64,000 bases of DNA. Origin: Anaerolineae bacterium (GTDB lineage: Bacteria; Chloroflexota; Anaerolineae; UBA1429). The notes under the pieces are model-generated. The model was not told the origin of the DNA. It was given only the letters and a program-made list of their open reading frames with translations, and did not search any database. Each line of letters begins with the position of its first letter. Positions within the stretch are counted from its first letter, which is position 1. The position numbers and the translations under genes were made by a program. The stretch lies in the NCBI GenBank assembly GCA_963675785.1, contig OY776562.1, positions 448,001 through 512,000 on the forward strand, in the 5' to 3' direction. Shown here in pieces: positions 10,878-20,755 of this stretch.

Positions 10878-11138
10878 CTATTCGCTTTCAGTGGGATAAG
10901 GAACGGGCGTCATGGTGTTCCCTTCCATAGGCAACGGATACGATTCGGTTGCCTCTAAAATGGGAGTAGCTGACGCTTCAAGGGTTGCAATTTCTGTTGG
11001 GGCGAGCGCTGTTGACGTTGCGGTGGGTGCAGCAGTAGGGTCTGCGTTCCCTTTGCAGCCAGCAAGCATGGACAGGCTCAATATTGCCAGTATCAGCAAA
11101 AGGGCAATAGCTTTTTTCATTTGATGACCTTGTGCCAT
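10878..11138 (-). CDS. Small Thr/Pro/Ala-rich lipoprotein
   Basis: MKK + hydrophobic stretch + LAGC lipobox; low-complexity PTAAPTAT tail. Confidence 0.7.
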   Translation of the reverse strand: MAQGHQMKKAIALLLILAILSLSMLAGCKGNADPTAAPTATSTALAPTEIATLEASATPILEATESYPLPMEGNTMTPVPYPTESE

Positions 11139-11201
11139 GTGTTTTCTTCCTCATTTCATCACATTACGTGGCGAGTATATCACAGGCAACTGCTCCAGAC
11201 A

Positions 11202-11239
11202 AGAAAAAGAGGCTTGTTCATAAAAGTGAACAAGCCTCT
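11202..11239 (-). terminator. Intrinsic terminator ending the decarboxylase operon
   Basis: AGAGGCTTGTTCA/TGAACAAGCCTCT stem with T run on the minus strand. Confidence 0.8.
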
Positions 11240-11255
11240 CCAGAGTGCGAGAAAA

Positions 11256-12368
11256 CTAGCCAAGCAGTGCTAGCACTGCGCCACCGGCCATAACCGAGGC
11301 GATCTGGCCAGCCGTGTTTGATGCCATAGCATGCATGAGCAAAAAGTTGGTGTAATCTTCTTCCTGTCCCAGCTTTTGTACAACGCGGGCCGACATTGGG
11401 AAGGCCGAGATACCGCAACCACCCAGCAGCGGGTTGATTTTGCCGCCGGATAGAACGTTCATCAGCTTGCCAAAGAGCACGCCAGCAGCCGTATCGATGA
11501 CAAAGGCTACCAGGCCGAGACCGATGATCATCAGTGTATCCGCTGTAAGGAATTGGTCGGCAACCATGGTGGAGCCAATGGTGATGCCCAGGAAGGTGGT
11601 AACGATGTTGGAAATCTCATTCTGAGCGGCATAGCTGATGCGCTCGATAACGCCTGATTCGCGAGCCAGGTTGCCGAACATCAAGAAACCAATCAGTGCC
11701 GTTGCCTCTGGGGCGATTAACCCACATACAACCGTTACCACGATGGGGAAGAGGACACGTGTGGTGTGCGAGATGGGCTTGCTGGTGTATGGCATCTTGA
11801 TCATGCGCTCGTGTTTGGTGGTAAGGCCCTTCATTACAGGGCGCTGGATGATGGGCACCAACGACATGTACGAATAGGCGGCTACAGTGATGGGGCCCAG
11901 CAATTGCGGCGCCAACACGGCTGAAACAAAGATTGATGTCGGGCCGTCGGCAGCGCCGATAATGCCAATGGAAGCGGCTTCGTTGATACTAAAGCCTAGA
12001 GCCATGGCCACCAAAAGCGTGCCAAAGATGCCAAACTGCGCAGCTGCGCCAAAGAGCATATAACGCGGATTCTCCAGCAGCGGGCCAAAGTCTGTCATGG
12101 CACCGATGCCGATAAAGACCAACGCCGGGAAGAGTTCGGTCTCGATGCCGGCGTTATAAAGCGCCGTCATGATACCGCCATCATCAAAGGCCAGGTGTGC
12201 ACCGGGCAGGTTGGCAAAAATACAACCGAGGCCGATGGGCAAAAGCAACAAGGGTTCGTATTCGTAACGGATGGCTAGCCAGATCAGCACACCACCCACC
12301 AGCATCATCACGGCTTGCTGCCAGGTTAGCTGAGCTGCGCCAGCAAATAAGGTCTGCAGAATATCCAT
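11256..12368 (-). CDS. oadB: Na+-translocating decarboxylase beta subunit (OadB/MmdB/GcdB)
   Basis: EPLLLLPIG, GAMTDFGPL, GAAAQFGIF, GIIGAADGPTSI, AAYSYMSLVPIIQ. Confidence 0.95.
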   Translation of the reverse strand: MDILQTLFAGAAQLTWQQAVMMLVGGVLIWLAIRYEYEPLLLLPIGLGCIFANLPGAHLAFDDGGIMTALYNAGIETELFPALVFIGIGAMTDFGPLLENPRYMLFGAAAQFGIFGTLLVAMALGFSINEAASIGIIGAADGPTSIFVSAVLAPQLLGPITVAAYSYMSLVPIIQRPVMKGLTTKHERMIKMPYTSKPISHTTRVLFPIVVTVVCGLIAPEATALIGFLMFGNLARESGVIERISYAAQNEISNIVTTFLGITIGSTMVADQFLTADTLMIIGLGLVAFVIDTAAGVLFGKLMNVLSGGKINPLLGGCGISAFPMSARVVQKLGQEEDYTNFLLMHAMASNTAGQIASVMAGGAVLALLG

Positions 12369-12381
12369 TTTTCAGGTGCTC

Positions 12382-12828
12382 CTAACCGATGGTGACGAGA
12401 GCGTCATCAAAGGCAACATTGTTGCCCACACTGATCATGACGCCAGTAATTTTGCCAGACACGGTCGCGGCGATAGGCATTTCCATTTTCATGGCCTCAA
12501 TAGTGGCCACGGTTTGACCTTCGGCGACTGTATCTCCTACAGCAACACGAACTGCAAGAACCTTGCCGGGCATGGGGGCTTTGACGACACTGCCTACGCC
12601 TGGGGCAGTTGCTACTGGAGCGGGAGCCGGTGCTGCCTCGACGGGTGCCGCAGGGGCTGCTACCGGTGCAACTGCAGCAGCCACAGGAGCGGGGGCTGCG
12701 GTGGCCTCAGCCCAGGAAACCACCTTCTTCTGACCGTCTACAACGACCTCAACGGGCGAGCTGGAGACATCGCCAACCTGGACGCTGTAAGTCTTGCCAT
12801 TAACTGTAATTTGAAGATTCTTTGCCAT
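12382..12828 (-). CDS. Biotin carboxyl carrier protein (MmdC/1.3S-like)
   Basis: ITVNGKTYSV N-terminus, Ala/Pro linker, EAMKM biotinylation motif. Confidence 0.95.
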   Translation of the reverse strand: MAKNLQITVNGKTYSVQVGDVSSSPVEVVVDGQKKVVSWAEATAAPAPVAAAVAPVAAPAAPVEAAPAPAPVATAPGVGSVVKAPMPGKVLAVRVAVGDTVAEGQTVATIEAMKMEMPIAATVSGKITGVMISVGNNVAFDDALVTIG

Positions 12829-12843
12829 GAGTCCAGTCCTCCG

Positions 12844-13221
12844 TTACAGAGTAGCGTTGAGTCGTCCCTGTTTGCCCCAATTGTCGGGTCCAGGGTTAAT
12901 CATTGCAACCGTTACCACCTCGCCCTGAATTTCTTCATAGTCTGTATCAGCCAGTGATGCGGCTGGTTTCAGGGTTGTGGGGGCAGTGCTCATCGAAGCG
13001 ACAAGGGCGACGGCTAGCGCTGCCACTATGTCACTGTCATCAGCTAGAACAGCAGGAGCCGGCATCGGGATGCTTGTGGCTTCCTCTTCCTCTTCTTTAT
13101 AGGGAAAGATCTTGCCCAAGAGGTAGATACAGCCCATCACAATAATGAGTGCACCAAAGACGATACCCATACCCCAGGCCGTGACTTCGAGCCCTCCTGC
13201 AAATGTATCAGGAATGTTCAT
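12844..13221 (-). CDS. OadG/MmdD-family membrane anchor subunit
   Basis: One TM helix GMGIVFGAL, IVAALAVAL segment, C-terminal WGKQGR. Confidence 0.85.
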   Translation of the reverse strand: MNIPDTFAGGLEVTAWGMGIVFGALIIVMGCIYLLGKIFPYKEEEEEATSIPMPAPAVLADDSDIVAALAVALVASMSTAPTTLKPAASLADTDYEEIQGEVVTVAMINPGPDNWGKQGRLNATL

Positions 13222-13338
13222 TTCTTCTCACCTCTGCTTGTTCCGCGTCTTGCCCAATGCTCGACGCGGCAAGTTGTCACGCCATTTCAGCACACGACCG
13301 CCTGACAAAGACGGGAGTCAGGCGGTCGATTTGTGTTT

Positions 13339-14850
13339 CTAGCGACGTCCCGTCATACGGCCGGAGAGCTTCCACAGGGAATAGTTCTCTTCGACTCTTG
13401 CGGGGCGTGGCGGCCGTGGCGCATTGGCCGTTTTTGCGGCCTCGCCTTTGGCAGCAGTTGCAGCCTGTTCCACAGGGAACACGCGTGGTTCCTGGATCGG
13501 CTTGATCAAGCCTGCCTTGCGAAGTTCAAAGAACTCGCGAGCCTGGGCGGGGAAGGCGGCATAGCTGAGCACGTCTTCTTCGCTTTCGGCCAGGTCACCG
13601 ATTTCCCTCTTGGCCTTCTCAAAACCAGGTTCGAGCAGGTCAGCAGGGCGACAGGTGATTGGCTCTTCGTCACCGATGGCCAATTTCTGAACATCGGGGT
13701 TGAGCGCTGCAGGCGGACGGCCATACAAACCACGACAATAGTCTTTGACTTCTTGCGTGATCATCTTGTAACGCTCGCCCATCATCACATTGAGCACGGC
13801 CTGCGTGCCAACCATCTGGCTGCTCGGGGTAACGAGTGGTGGGTAACCGAGGTCCTCGCGTACGCGGGGCACTTCGGCGAGCACGTCTTCCCAGCGATCC
13901 AGAGCATTCTGCTGACGAAGCTGGCTTACCAGGTTCGAAAGCATACCACCAGGGATCTGGTAGAGCAGCACACGAACGTCGGCGGTGGTCAAGCCGCTCT
14001 CGAACTTGGGCAGCTGATCTTGCCGAACTTCGGCAAAATAGGCCGCAATTTCGGAAAGGAGCACAAGATCCAGCCCTGTATCGCGTTCGGTGCCCTGGAA
14101 CGTCGCGACGATCGACTCGGTGGGGGGCTGTGCTGTGCCGCCAGCCATCGAGGAAATGGCCGTATCGACGATGTCAGCTCCTGCTTCGGCAGCCTTGGTC
14201 AGCGTGGCCACAGAAAAGCCCGAGGTATCGTGGGTATGGAACTCGACGGGCAGGTTTGTCGCCTCCTTGATGCGCTTGACAAGCTCATAGGCATCGTAGG
14301 GGCGGCAGAGGCCGGCCATGTCTTTGATGGCGATCGAGTCGGCCCCCATGGTCTTTAGTTCCTGGGCCATGGTAACAAAAGTATCGTTATTGTGCACGGG
14401 GCTGGTGGTGTAACAAATGGCAGCCTGAACGTGCTTTCCATACTTTTTCACGCTCTGTATAGCGAACGACATGTTGCGGGTGTCGTTAAGCGCGTCAAAG
14501 ATGCGGAAAATATCGATACCGTTCTTGGCCGAGTGCTCGACAAACTTTTCGACAATATCATCAGGATAATGTCGATAGCCGAGAATATTCTGGCCGCGGA
14601 ACAACATCATAAACTGGGTATTGGGGATAGCCTCTCTAAGCACGCGAACGCGCTCCCAGGGGTTTTCCTTGAGAAAGCGCATCGCCGAATCAAAGGTCGC
14701 GCCTCCCCACATCTCCAGCGCATAGTATCCGACCTTGTCCAATTTGGGCGCGATCGGCAACATGGCACCTGTCGACATACGCGTCGCCAGGAGCGACTGG
14801 TGCGCATCTCGTAGAATAGTATCCGTTATCTTTAAAGGGTTTGAAGCCAT
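13339..14850 (-). CDS. Pyruvate/oxaloacetate carboxyltransferase (OadA/transcarboxylase 5S-like), no biotin domain
   Basis: LRDAHQSLLATR, WGGATFD, IKDMAG, HTHDTSG, YPPLVTPSSQMVG; no AMKM motif. Confidence 0.93.
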   Translation of the reverse strand: MASNPLKITDTILRDAHQSLLATRMSTGAMLPIAPKLDKVGYYALEMWGGATFDSAMRFLKENPWERVRVLREAIPNTQFMMLFRGQNILGYRHYPDDIVEKFVEHSAKNGIDIFRIFDALNDTRNMSFAIQSVKKYGKHVQAAICYTTSPVHNNDTFVTMAQELKTMGADSIAIKDMAGLCRPYDAYELVKRIKEATNLPVEFHTHDTSGFSVATLTKAAEAGADIVDTAISSMAGGTAQPPTESIVATFQGTERDTGLDLVLLSEIAAYFAEVRQDQLPKFESGLTTADVRVLLYQIPGGMLSNLVSQLRQQNALDRWEDVLAEVPRVREDLGYPPLVTPSSQMVGTQAVLNVMMGERYKMITQEVKDYCRGLYGRPPAALNPDVQKLAIGDEEPITCRPADLLEPGFEKAKREIGDLAESEEDVLSYAAFPAQAREFFELRKAGLIKPIQEPRVFPVEQAATAAKGEAAKTANAPRPPRPARVEENYSLWKLSGRMTGRR

Positions 14851-14910
14851 TGTGTCCTCAATTCTTGTACTAGGCTGGCAGTATTCTTGCCAACTAAGAA
14901 CGCTAACGGC

Positions 14911-16461
14911 TTATAGCGGCATGGTCCCGTGCTTCTTGGGCTGACGGGCTTCACGCTTGTTCTGGATCATTTGCAGCGTGTTGATCAGCACTGCACGAGT
15001 TTGGCTGGGCTCGATGACATCATCGATATAGCCATAGGATGCTGCCACATAAGGGTTAGCAAACTTTTCGCGGTATTCGGCAAATGCCTTGGCGCGGAGT
15101 GCGTCTGCATCGGCAGCACTCGCCAGGTCGCGCTTGTAGATGATATCTACTGCGCTTTCGGCGCCCATAACAGCGATCTCTGCTGATGGCCAGGCGATGT
15201 TAAAATCGGCGCCCACATGCTTGGACCCCATGACGATATAAGCGCCGCCATAGGCTTTGCGGGTGATCACGGTCATCTTGGGAACGGTTGCCTCACAATA
15301 GGCATAAATCAACTTGGCGCCTTCGCGAATGATGCCATTGTGCTCCTGCTCGGCGCCCGGCATATAGCCCGGAACGTCCACAAAGGTCACAACGGGGATG
15401 TTGAAAGCGTCGCAGAAACGCACAAAGCGCGCGGCTTTGGTAGATGCATCGATATCCAACACGCCGCCCTTTTGGTTTGGCTGGTTGGCTACAACGCCCA
15501 CCACGGCGCCATCGAGTCGGGCAAAGCCGACGACGATGTTGCGTGCAAAGGCTTCTTGTACTTCCATAAAGCTGCCCTGATCCACGACAGCCTTGATGAC
15601 GGTCTTCATGCAGTAGGGCTCGTTCGAACTATTGGGGATAATGGTATCGAGAAGAGCTTCGGCGCGTGCTGCATCATCCTTGGGTTCGATGGCGGGGGCA
15701 TCTTCCAGGTTGTTGCCTGGCAGATAACCGACGAGCTGACGCACTGCATGGAGGCAGCTCACTTCGTCTTTGGCCACAAAACTGGCCACACCGCTCTTGG
15801 TGGCGTGAGCGTTTGCTCCGCCCAGTTCCTCATCGCTGATCTCTTCGCCAGTTACATTCTTGACGACCTGAGAGCCAGTGATGAACATCTTGGAGGTATC
15901 TTCGACCATAAAAACAAAGTCCGTGAGGGCAGGCGAGTAAACCGCGCCGCCGGCGCACGGGCCGAGGATTACCGAGATTTGCGGTACGATACCACTGGCC
16001 AACGTGTTGGCCATAAAGATATCGCCATAACCGCCCAAAGCCAGGATGCCTTCCTGAATGCGGGCGCCGCCCGAATCATTCAGCCCGATGATCGGAGCAC
16101 CATTCTTGATAGCCAGATCCTGAACCTTGCGAATTTTGGCTGCGTGCTGCTTGCCCAGCGTTCCACCCATCACGGTGAAATCCTGCGCATACACGAACAC
16201 AAGCCGACCGGCGATGGTGCCATAGCCAGTGACTACGCCGTCGCCCGGCAAGTCCTTTGCATCCATACCAAAATCAGTGGCGTGGTGCGTTGCGAGTGCG
16301 TCAATTTCCTGGAAACTTGCTTCATCAAGAAGTATGTCCAGGCGTTCACGTGCTGTCATCTTGCCCTTGTCCTTTTGGCGCTTGATAGCCTCGATGTTGC
16401 CCCCTCGCTTAGCCGCCGTTTTGGCCTGGCGAAGTCTTTCGATTCTGCCGTCAGAAGCCAT
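14911..16461 (-). CDS. Acyl-CoA carboxyltransferase (MmdA/PccB/transcarboxylase 12S-like)
   Basis: QDFTVMGG, DSGGARIQEG, GPCAGGAVYSPALTD, RKAYGGAY, KKHGTMPL. Confidence 0.95.
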   Translation of the reverse strand: MASDGRIERLRQAKTAAKRGGNIEAIKRQKDKGKMTARERLDILLDEASFQEIDALATHHATDFGMDAKDLPGDGVVTGYGTIAGRLVFVYAQDFTVMGGTLGKQHAAKIRKVQDLAIKNGAPIIGLNDSGGARIQEGILALGGYGDIFMANTLASGIVPQISVILGPCAGGAVYSPALTDFVFMVEDTSKMFITGSQVVKNVTGEEISDEELGGANAHATKSGVASFVAKDEVSCLHAVRQLVGYLPGNNLEDAPAIEPKDDAARAEALLDTIIPNSSNEPYCMKTVIKAVVDQGSFMEVQEAFARNIVVGFARLDGAVVGVVANQPNQKGGVLDIDASTKAARFVRFCDAFNIPVVTFVDVPGYMPGAEQEHNGIIREGAKLIYAYCEATVPKMTVITRKAYGGAYIVMGSKHVGADFNIAWPSAEIAVMGAESAVDIIYKRDLASAADADALRAKAFAEYREKFANPYVAASYGYIDDVIEPSQTRAVLINTLQMIQNKREARQPKKHGTMPL

Positions 16462-16490
16462 TGTCCCTCCTTACAACAGAGAAAGCAGAT

Positions 16491-16937
16491 TTACTCTGCG
16501 TTCCACACTGTGAAATGCACGCCCGCTTCATCGAGCATGCCGATTGAGAATTCGTCCGGGTACGAGTTTGCGCAAATGACATTCTCGATTCCGGCATTGA
16601 TAATCATCTTGGCACAGGTAACACACGGCTGGTGGGTGCAATAGACGGTGCCACCATTGATAGAGACGCCGTGAAAGGCGGCCTGTATGATGGCGTTCTG
16701 TTCGGCGTGCAGCCCTCGGCAAACTTCTTGCCTCTGGCCAGAAGGTATGCCTAATTGCTCCCGCAAACACCCAACTTCCTGGCAGTGAGCCAGTCCGCTC
16801 GGCGCACCGTTATAGCCGGTAGCCAAGATGCGCTTATCCTTTATAATCACCGCACCCACATGACGTCGCAAACAAGTAGAACGCGATGCGACTTGGTGCG
16901 CGATTTCCATAAAATACTCGTCCCAGGTTGGTCTCAT
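16491..16937 (-). CDS. dCMP deaminase (ComEB-like)
   Basis: [20 protein letters not shown]. Confidence 0.92.
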   Translation of the reverse strand: MRPTWDEYFMEIAHQVASRSTCLRRHVGAVIIKDKRILATGYNGAPSGLAHCQEVGCLREQLGIPSGQRQEVCRGLHAEQNAIIQAAFHGVSINGGTVYCTHQPCVTCAKMIINAGIENVICANSYPDEFSIGMLDEAGVHFTVWNAE

Positions 16938-17548
16938 CGTTTTAGAACATACTCCTTGAACGCTTGACCTGTTACGGGCATGGTCTCACAAAACATTTCC
17001 AAAATGGCATCCGCATACTGCTGATGTTCCCACTGGGCCGATTTGTGGTAACGCTTTTGCAGCCAGTTCATCAATGACCAGGCGTTCACCGTCCACACAA
17101 ACTCGGTGTATACGGCAGTGCCCAGCACGCCTCGGGCTATTTCGCGCCGCCATCCACTTTCGACCAGAGATTCATAAAGGTCGAATTGGCTTTCCATTTG
17201 GGCAATATAAGCGCTCGTGTCCAGCTCGGGGTCGTTCGGGATATAGTATTCCCGATCAGCGATGCAGTATCTCAGGCTTTTTTCGTTAAAGGTGCCGATG
17301 CGGTGTCGCATCCATTGGCGGGCTACAAACAGGGGACACTTGACGTCAAAGCGAAAGACCGCGTGTTCAAAAACGGTATTGTGCTTGGGTTCCGACTTCA
17401 TCAGACGCTGGATCAGCCTCTCGTCGGCCTCTCTTGATTTTGCAGTGGACTGGTAACAGATGCGGGCGCCGCGGATAACCGCGTCATCGCCGCCCATCTG
17501 ATCTTCCAGATTGACCCATCCCTTATCGAGAACATTGATGGTTTGCAC
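16934..17548 (-). CDS. thyX: FAD-dependent thymidylate synthase
   Basis: RHRx7S motif ([14 protein letters not shown]), AQWE; GTG start at 17548 behind GAGGA. Confidence 0.92.
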   Translation of the reverse strand: MQTINVLDKGWVNLEDQMGGDDAVIRGARICYQSTAKSREADERLIQRLMKSEPKHNTVFEHAVFRFDVKCPLFVARQWMRHRIGTFNEKSLRYCIADREYYIPNDPELDTSAYIAQMESQFDLYESLVESGWRREIARGVLGTAVYTEFVWTVNAWSLMNWLQKRYHKSAQWEHQQYADAILEMFCETMPVTGQAFKEYVLKR

Positions 17549-17649
17549 AGGAATCCTCACACGCATACAAGCCTGGCACAACACAGGGGCCACTTTTGGC
17601 CATTATTACTATTGTACCAGAAGACTCAAGTTTTGGCTATTGGGCATAG

Positions 17650-18156
17650 TTACTGATTAGCTTGTGCAAGACGCTCAAACTCGGGCTTGAGTTTGACATA
17701 TGTTTGCTGTAATCCCTCGCAGATGACCCGCGATTCGCAAAAAACCGACATGAAATTCGTATCGCCGATCCAACGGGGAACAATGTGCATATGGATGTGA
17801 TCTGCTATGCCAGCGCCAGCAGCCTGTCCCATATTCATACCCATATTAAAGCCATCGGGGCTCATGCAGGCTTCAATGGCCTGAACGCACAGGCTTGTGG
17901 CACTCATCATCTCTGCCTGCGCTTCAACGCTCAGATCGTTAATGCGGCTTACGTGCATATAGGGCGCAACCATGAGGTGTCCGTTGATATAGGGATACCG
18001 ATTCATGATCACATAAACATGCTCACCACGGTAGAGAACATTGTTCTCTTCGTCTCGTTCGGGTGAGAGGGCCGCATCGCACAGTACACAGCCCTTGGGT
18101 TTTTCGCTCTCTATGTATTCCATTCGCCAGGGCGACCATAATTGCCTCATGGACAT
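17650..18156 (-). CDS. HIT-family hydrolase (Ap4A phosphorylase-like)
   Basis: LWSPWRMEYI, NRYPYINGHLM, HIHMHIVPRW. Confidence 0.93.
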   Translation of the reverse strand: MSMRQLWSPWRMEYIESEKPKGCVLCDAALSPERDEENNVLYRGEHVYVIMNRYPYINGHLMVAPYMHVSRINDLSVEAQAEMMSATSLCVQAIEACMSPDGFNMGMNMGQAAGAGIADHIHMHIVPRWIGDTNFMSVFCESRVICEGLQQTYVKLKPEFERLAQANQ

Positions 18157-18167
18157 TCCTCCATCGC

Positions 18168-18827
18168 CTATTCCCAGATCAAACGTTTGCGAACGATCTG
18201 AAACCGGGTGATTCCATCAAGCGATAACGCGTCTATGATTTCTTCTGGACGGCCCGAGCCATCAGGTCCGCAGGCCAGGTACATATCCAGATCGACTGAT
18301 TGATCATCTGCCCGGCTAATTGCTATGCTGTGAATCAATGGGCGCAAATCGTATTCGCGTTGCTCTCCCTTTTTGATGCGTTCGCGGACGATACTCTTAC
18401 ATAATAGCATCTCACTGATGCTGCTGGCTACCAGGCTCTCTTGAACGCCCCATACCGTAACCATGTATTCAGCATCGCGCATACCTTTGAGCGGAGCACG
18501 GTCATGCAATTCGGCCTCTTGCACGCTGATAATCTGCAGACCTGGCGGTGCGGTCGCAGCCAGTTGCGTTTGAAGCTCGGCAGCATCCCTTGTTTCGGCC
18601 AGCATAAGGTCCATGATCTCGCAGGTGCTGCAATAGCCCAATGGCAGCGCCGCCGCAAAGTAAATCCGGGCATGAGGATTGAATCCCTCACTATATGAAA
18701 CCGGTATCTGAGCACGATTCAAATGCCGTTCCCAGGTGCGGTGTATATCCAGTACCGAGACATAACACAGGGGTTCAGAGATGCCAAAGGTAACACGAAT
18801 GCGCTGCACTTGATCATGACGCGGCAT
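18168..18827 (-). CDS. TIGR03936/DUF2344 radical SAM-associated protein
   Basis: YSEGFNPH...FAAALPLG, YDLRP, GRPEE; TGATG overlap with the upstream radical SAM gene. Confidence 0.85.
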   Translation of the reverse strand: MPRHDQVQRIRVTFGISEPLCYVSVLDIHRTWERHLNRAQIPVSYSEGFNPHARIYFAAALPLGYCSTCEIMDLMLAETRDAAELQTQLAATAPPGLQIISVQEAELHDRAPLKGMRDAEYMVTVWGVQESLVASSISEMLLCKSIVRERIKKGEQREYDLRPLIHSIAISRADDQSVDLDMYLACGPDGSGRPEEIIDALSLDGITRFQIVRKRLIWE

Positions 18828-20683
18828 CAGGGGCACCCCCATTCACTAGAAGCTACCTCATTCTGCAGATCGGCATAGGTGAGGTTGATGCCGCAACCGT
18901 GGCATATTCTGCGACAGTCAGGTGATAATTCGGCTTTGAGCGCCTGTTGCCATTCGCGCTGCAAAAAAGCCTGTGATACGCCGACATCAATATCATCCCA
19001 GGGCAAGGAGCCATCCAGTGCACGTTCTGTGTGGGCAAGCAGATTGGTATCAATGCCGCTTTCTTGCAGGGCTTGCTCCCAAATGCCAAAATCGAACCAT
19101 TCGCGCCAGGAATCAAATCGCGCACCGAGTTTCCAGGCTCTGTAAACCACATCGCTCAGGCGGCGGTCGCCGCGCGAGATGACAGCTTCGAGCCAGGTCG
19201 TCTCCCAATCGGACCAGCTGAGTTTGATGTCGCGGGAGCGAAGCCCGCTTTTGAGAATATTCTGGCGACGTTCGACTGTTTCCCTATCGAGCAGAGGTAG
19301 CCATTGAAAGGGTGTGTGTGGTTTAGGTACAAAAGTATTGACACTGACAGAGAGGGTTATTCGTCGTGCACGCGTTTGTTGGCCTTGCTGGCGAATGAGT
19401 TTGACGAGACGCACGATCTCTTCTACGTCCTCGTCGGTCTCTGTTGGCAACCCTATCATAAAATAAAGTTTGAGCCGATTCCAACCCGCTTCGAACACTT
19501 GTCGGGCTGTATCCATAATTTCTTCTTCGGTGATGCCCTTGTTGATGACGTCGCGTAGTCGCTGGCTGCCCGCCTCAGGTGCAAAGGTGAACCCCGTCTT
19601 GCGGACGCTCTGAATGCGCTGAGCCAGATCTACCGAAAAGCTATCGATGCGTAGCGAAGGCAAAGAGACGCCGACGCCGTTTTCGCTGTATGCGCTGAGG
19701 GTATCCTGAACGATATCCTTAATAGCACTGTGGTCGCTACTACTCAATGACACAAACGAAATCTCGGTATAGCCAGTGTTCTTGAGGATTTCGTCCACTT
19801 CGGCCAGGGTTTGTTCCGCCGGTCGCTCGCGAATGGGGCGGTAGATAATGCCGGCCTGACAAAAGCGGCAGCCGCGTGAGCAGCCTCGCTGGATTTCGAT
19901 TGTGGCCCGATCGTGGACGATCTGAATATTGGCCACGATGGGTTTAGTAGGTGAGGCAACCATGCGGGCAACGATGCGCTTGGTGACGCGCGCTGGTACG
20001 TTCGACTGTGTGGGTCTTACAGCAACGAGCTCTTGGCCATCAAATACGTGCTCATAAAAAGAGGGAACGTAAACGCCCGGTACGCCGGCAAGCCTGAGCA
20101 AGAGTTCCTCACGGCTATCCCCCGGCGTCTCTTTCCACTGCCTGACCACGTTCAACAGCTCAATGAGAACTTCTTCACCCTCGCCAATGATCATGGCATC
20201 CATAAAGTCGGCCATGGGGCCTGGGTTATAGTTACAGCTTCCGCCGCTGATGATCAAAGGGTGTGCTAGTGTGCGCTCTGTGGTGCGCATAGGGATGCCA
20301 GCCATATCCAACATGTTGAGTACGTTGGTAAAGGTTAGTTCGTACTGCAAGCCAAAGCCCCATACATCAAACGCGTCGAGGCTATGCCGGGTCTCCAGTG
20401 AATAGAGAGGCAAGCCTGCCTCTCGCATGAGCTTTTCCATATCTGGCCAGGGGGCATAGACGCGTTCACAAAGCATGTGCTCTTGCTTGTTGACCAGGGC
20501 ATACAAGAGCCCCAGCCCAAGATTGGACATGCCAATATCATAGATATCAGGATACGAGAGAGCCATGCGTACATCACAGGTCTCCCAATCTTTGACGATG
20601 GCATTCAATTCACCACCAACGTATCGCGCAGGTTTCTGTACACGCGGCAGAATTCCCTGCAGCCGGACAGACGATATTTGCAA
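18827..20683 (-). CDS. TIGR03960-family B12-binding radical SAM protein
   Basis: VQKPARYVGGE, CxxxCxxC (CSRGCRFC), FAPEAGSQRLR, YFMIGLPTET, FVPKPHTPFQW. Confidence 0.9.
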   Translation of the reverse strand: MQISSVRLQGILPRVQKPARYVGGELNAIVKDWETCDVRMALSYPDIYDIGMSNLGLGLLYALVNKQEHMLCERVYAPWPDMEKLMREAGLPLYSLETRHSLDAFDVWGFGLQYELTFTNVLNMLDMAGIPMRTTERTLAHPLIISGGSCNYNPGPMADFMDAMIIGEGEEVLIELLNVVRQWKETPGDSREELLLRLAGVPGVYVPSFYEHVFDGQELVAVRPTQSNVPARVTKRIVARMVASPTKPIVANIQIVHDRATIEIQRGCSRGCRFCQAGIIYRPIRERPAEQTLAEVDEILKNTGYTEISFVSLSSSDHSAIKDIVQDTLSAYSENGVGVSLPSLRIDSFSVDLAQRIQSVRKTGFTFAPEAGSQRLRDVINKGITEEEIMDTARQVFEAGWNRLKLYFMIGLPTETDEDVEEIVRLVKLIRQQGQQTRARRITLSVSVNTFVPKPHTPFQWLPLLDRETVERRQNILKSGLRSRDIKLSWSDWETTWLEAVISRGDRRLSDVVYRAWKLGARFDSWREWFDFGIWEQALQESGIDTNLLAHTERALDGSLPWDDIDVGVSQAFLQREWQQALKAELSPDCRRICHGCGINLTYADLQNEVASSEWGCP

Positions 20684-20755
20684 AGCATCCTCCTATACAG
20701 CAGTCTTTTCATTATAGATTGTGAGCCGGCTGGTGTTAAAAAACGAGTTTGAACG

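Noticed and set aside
15217-16644. 475-aa plus-strand ORF and similar long antisense ORFs (13333-14358, 28518-29474)
   Set aside because: Shadow frames of conserved genes with no recognisable motifs
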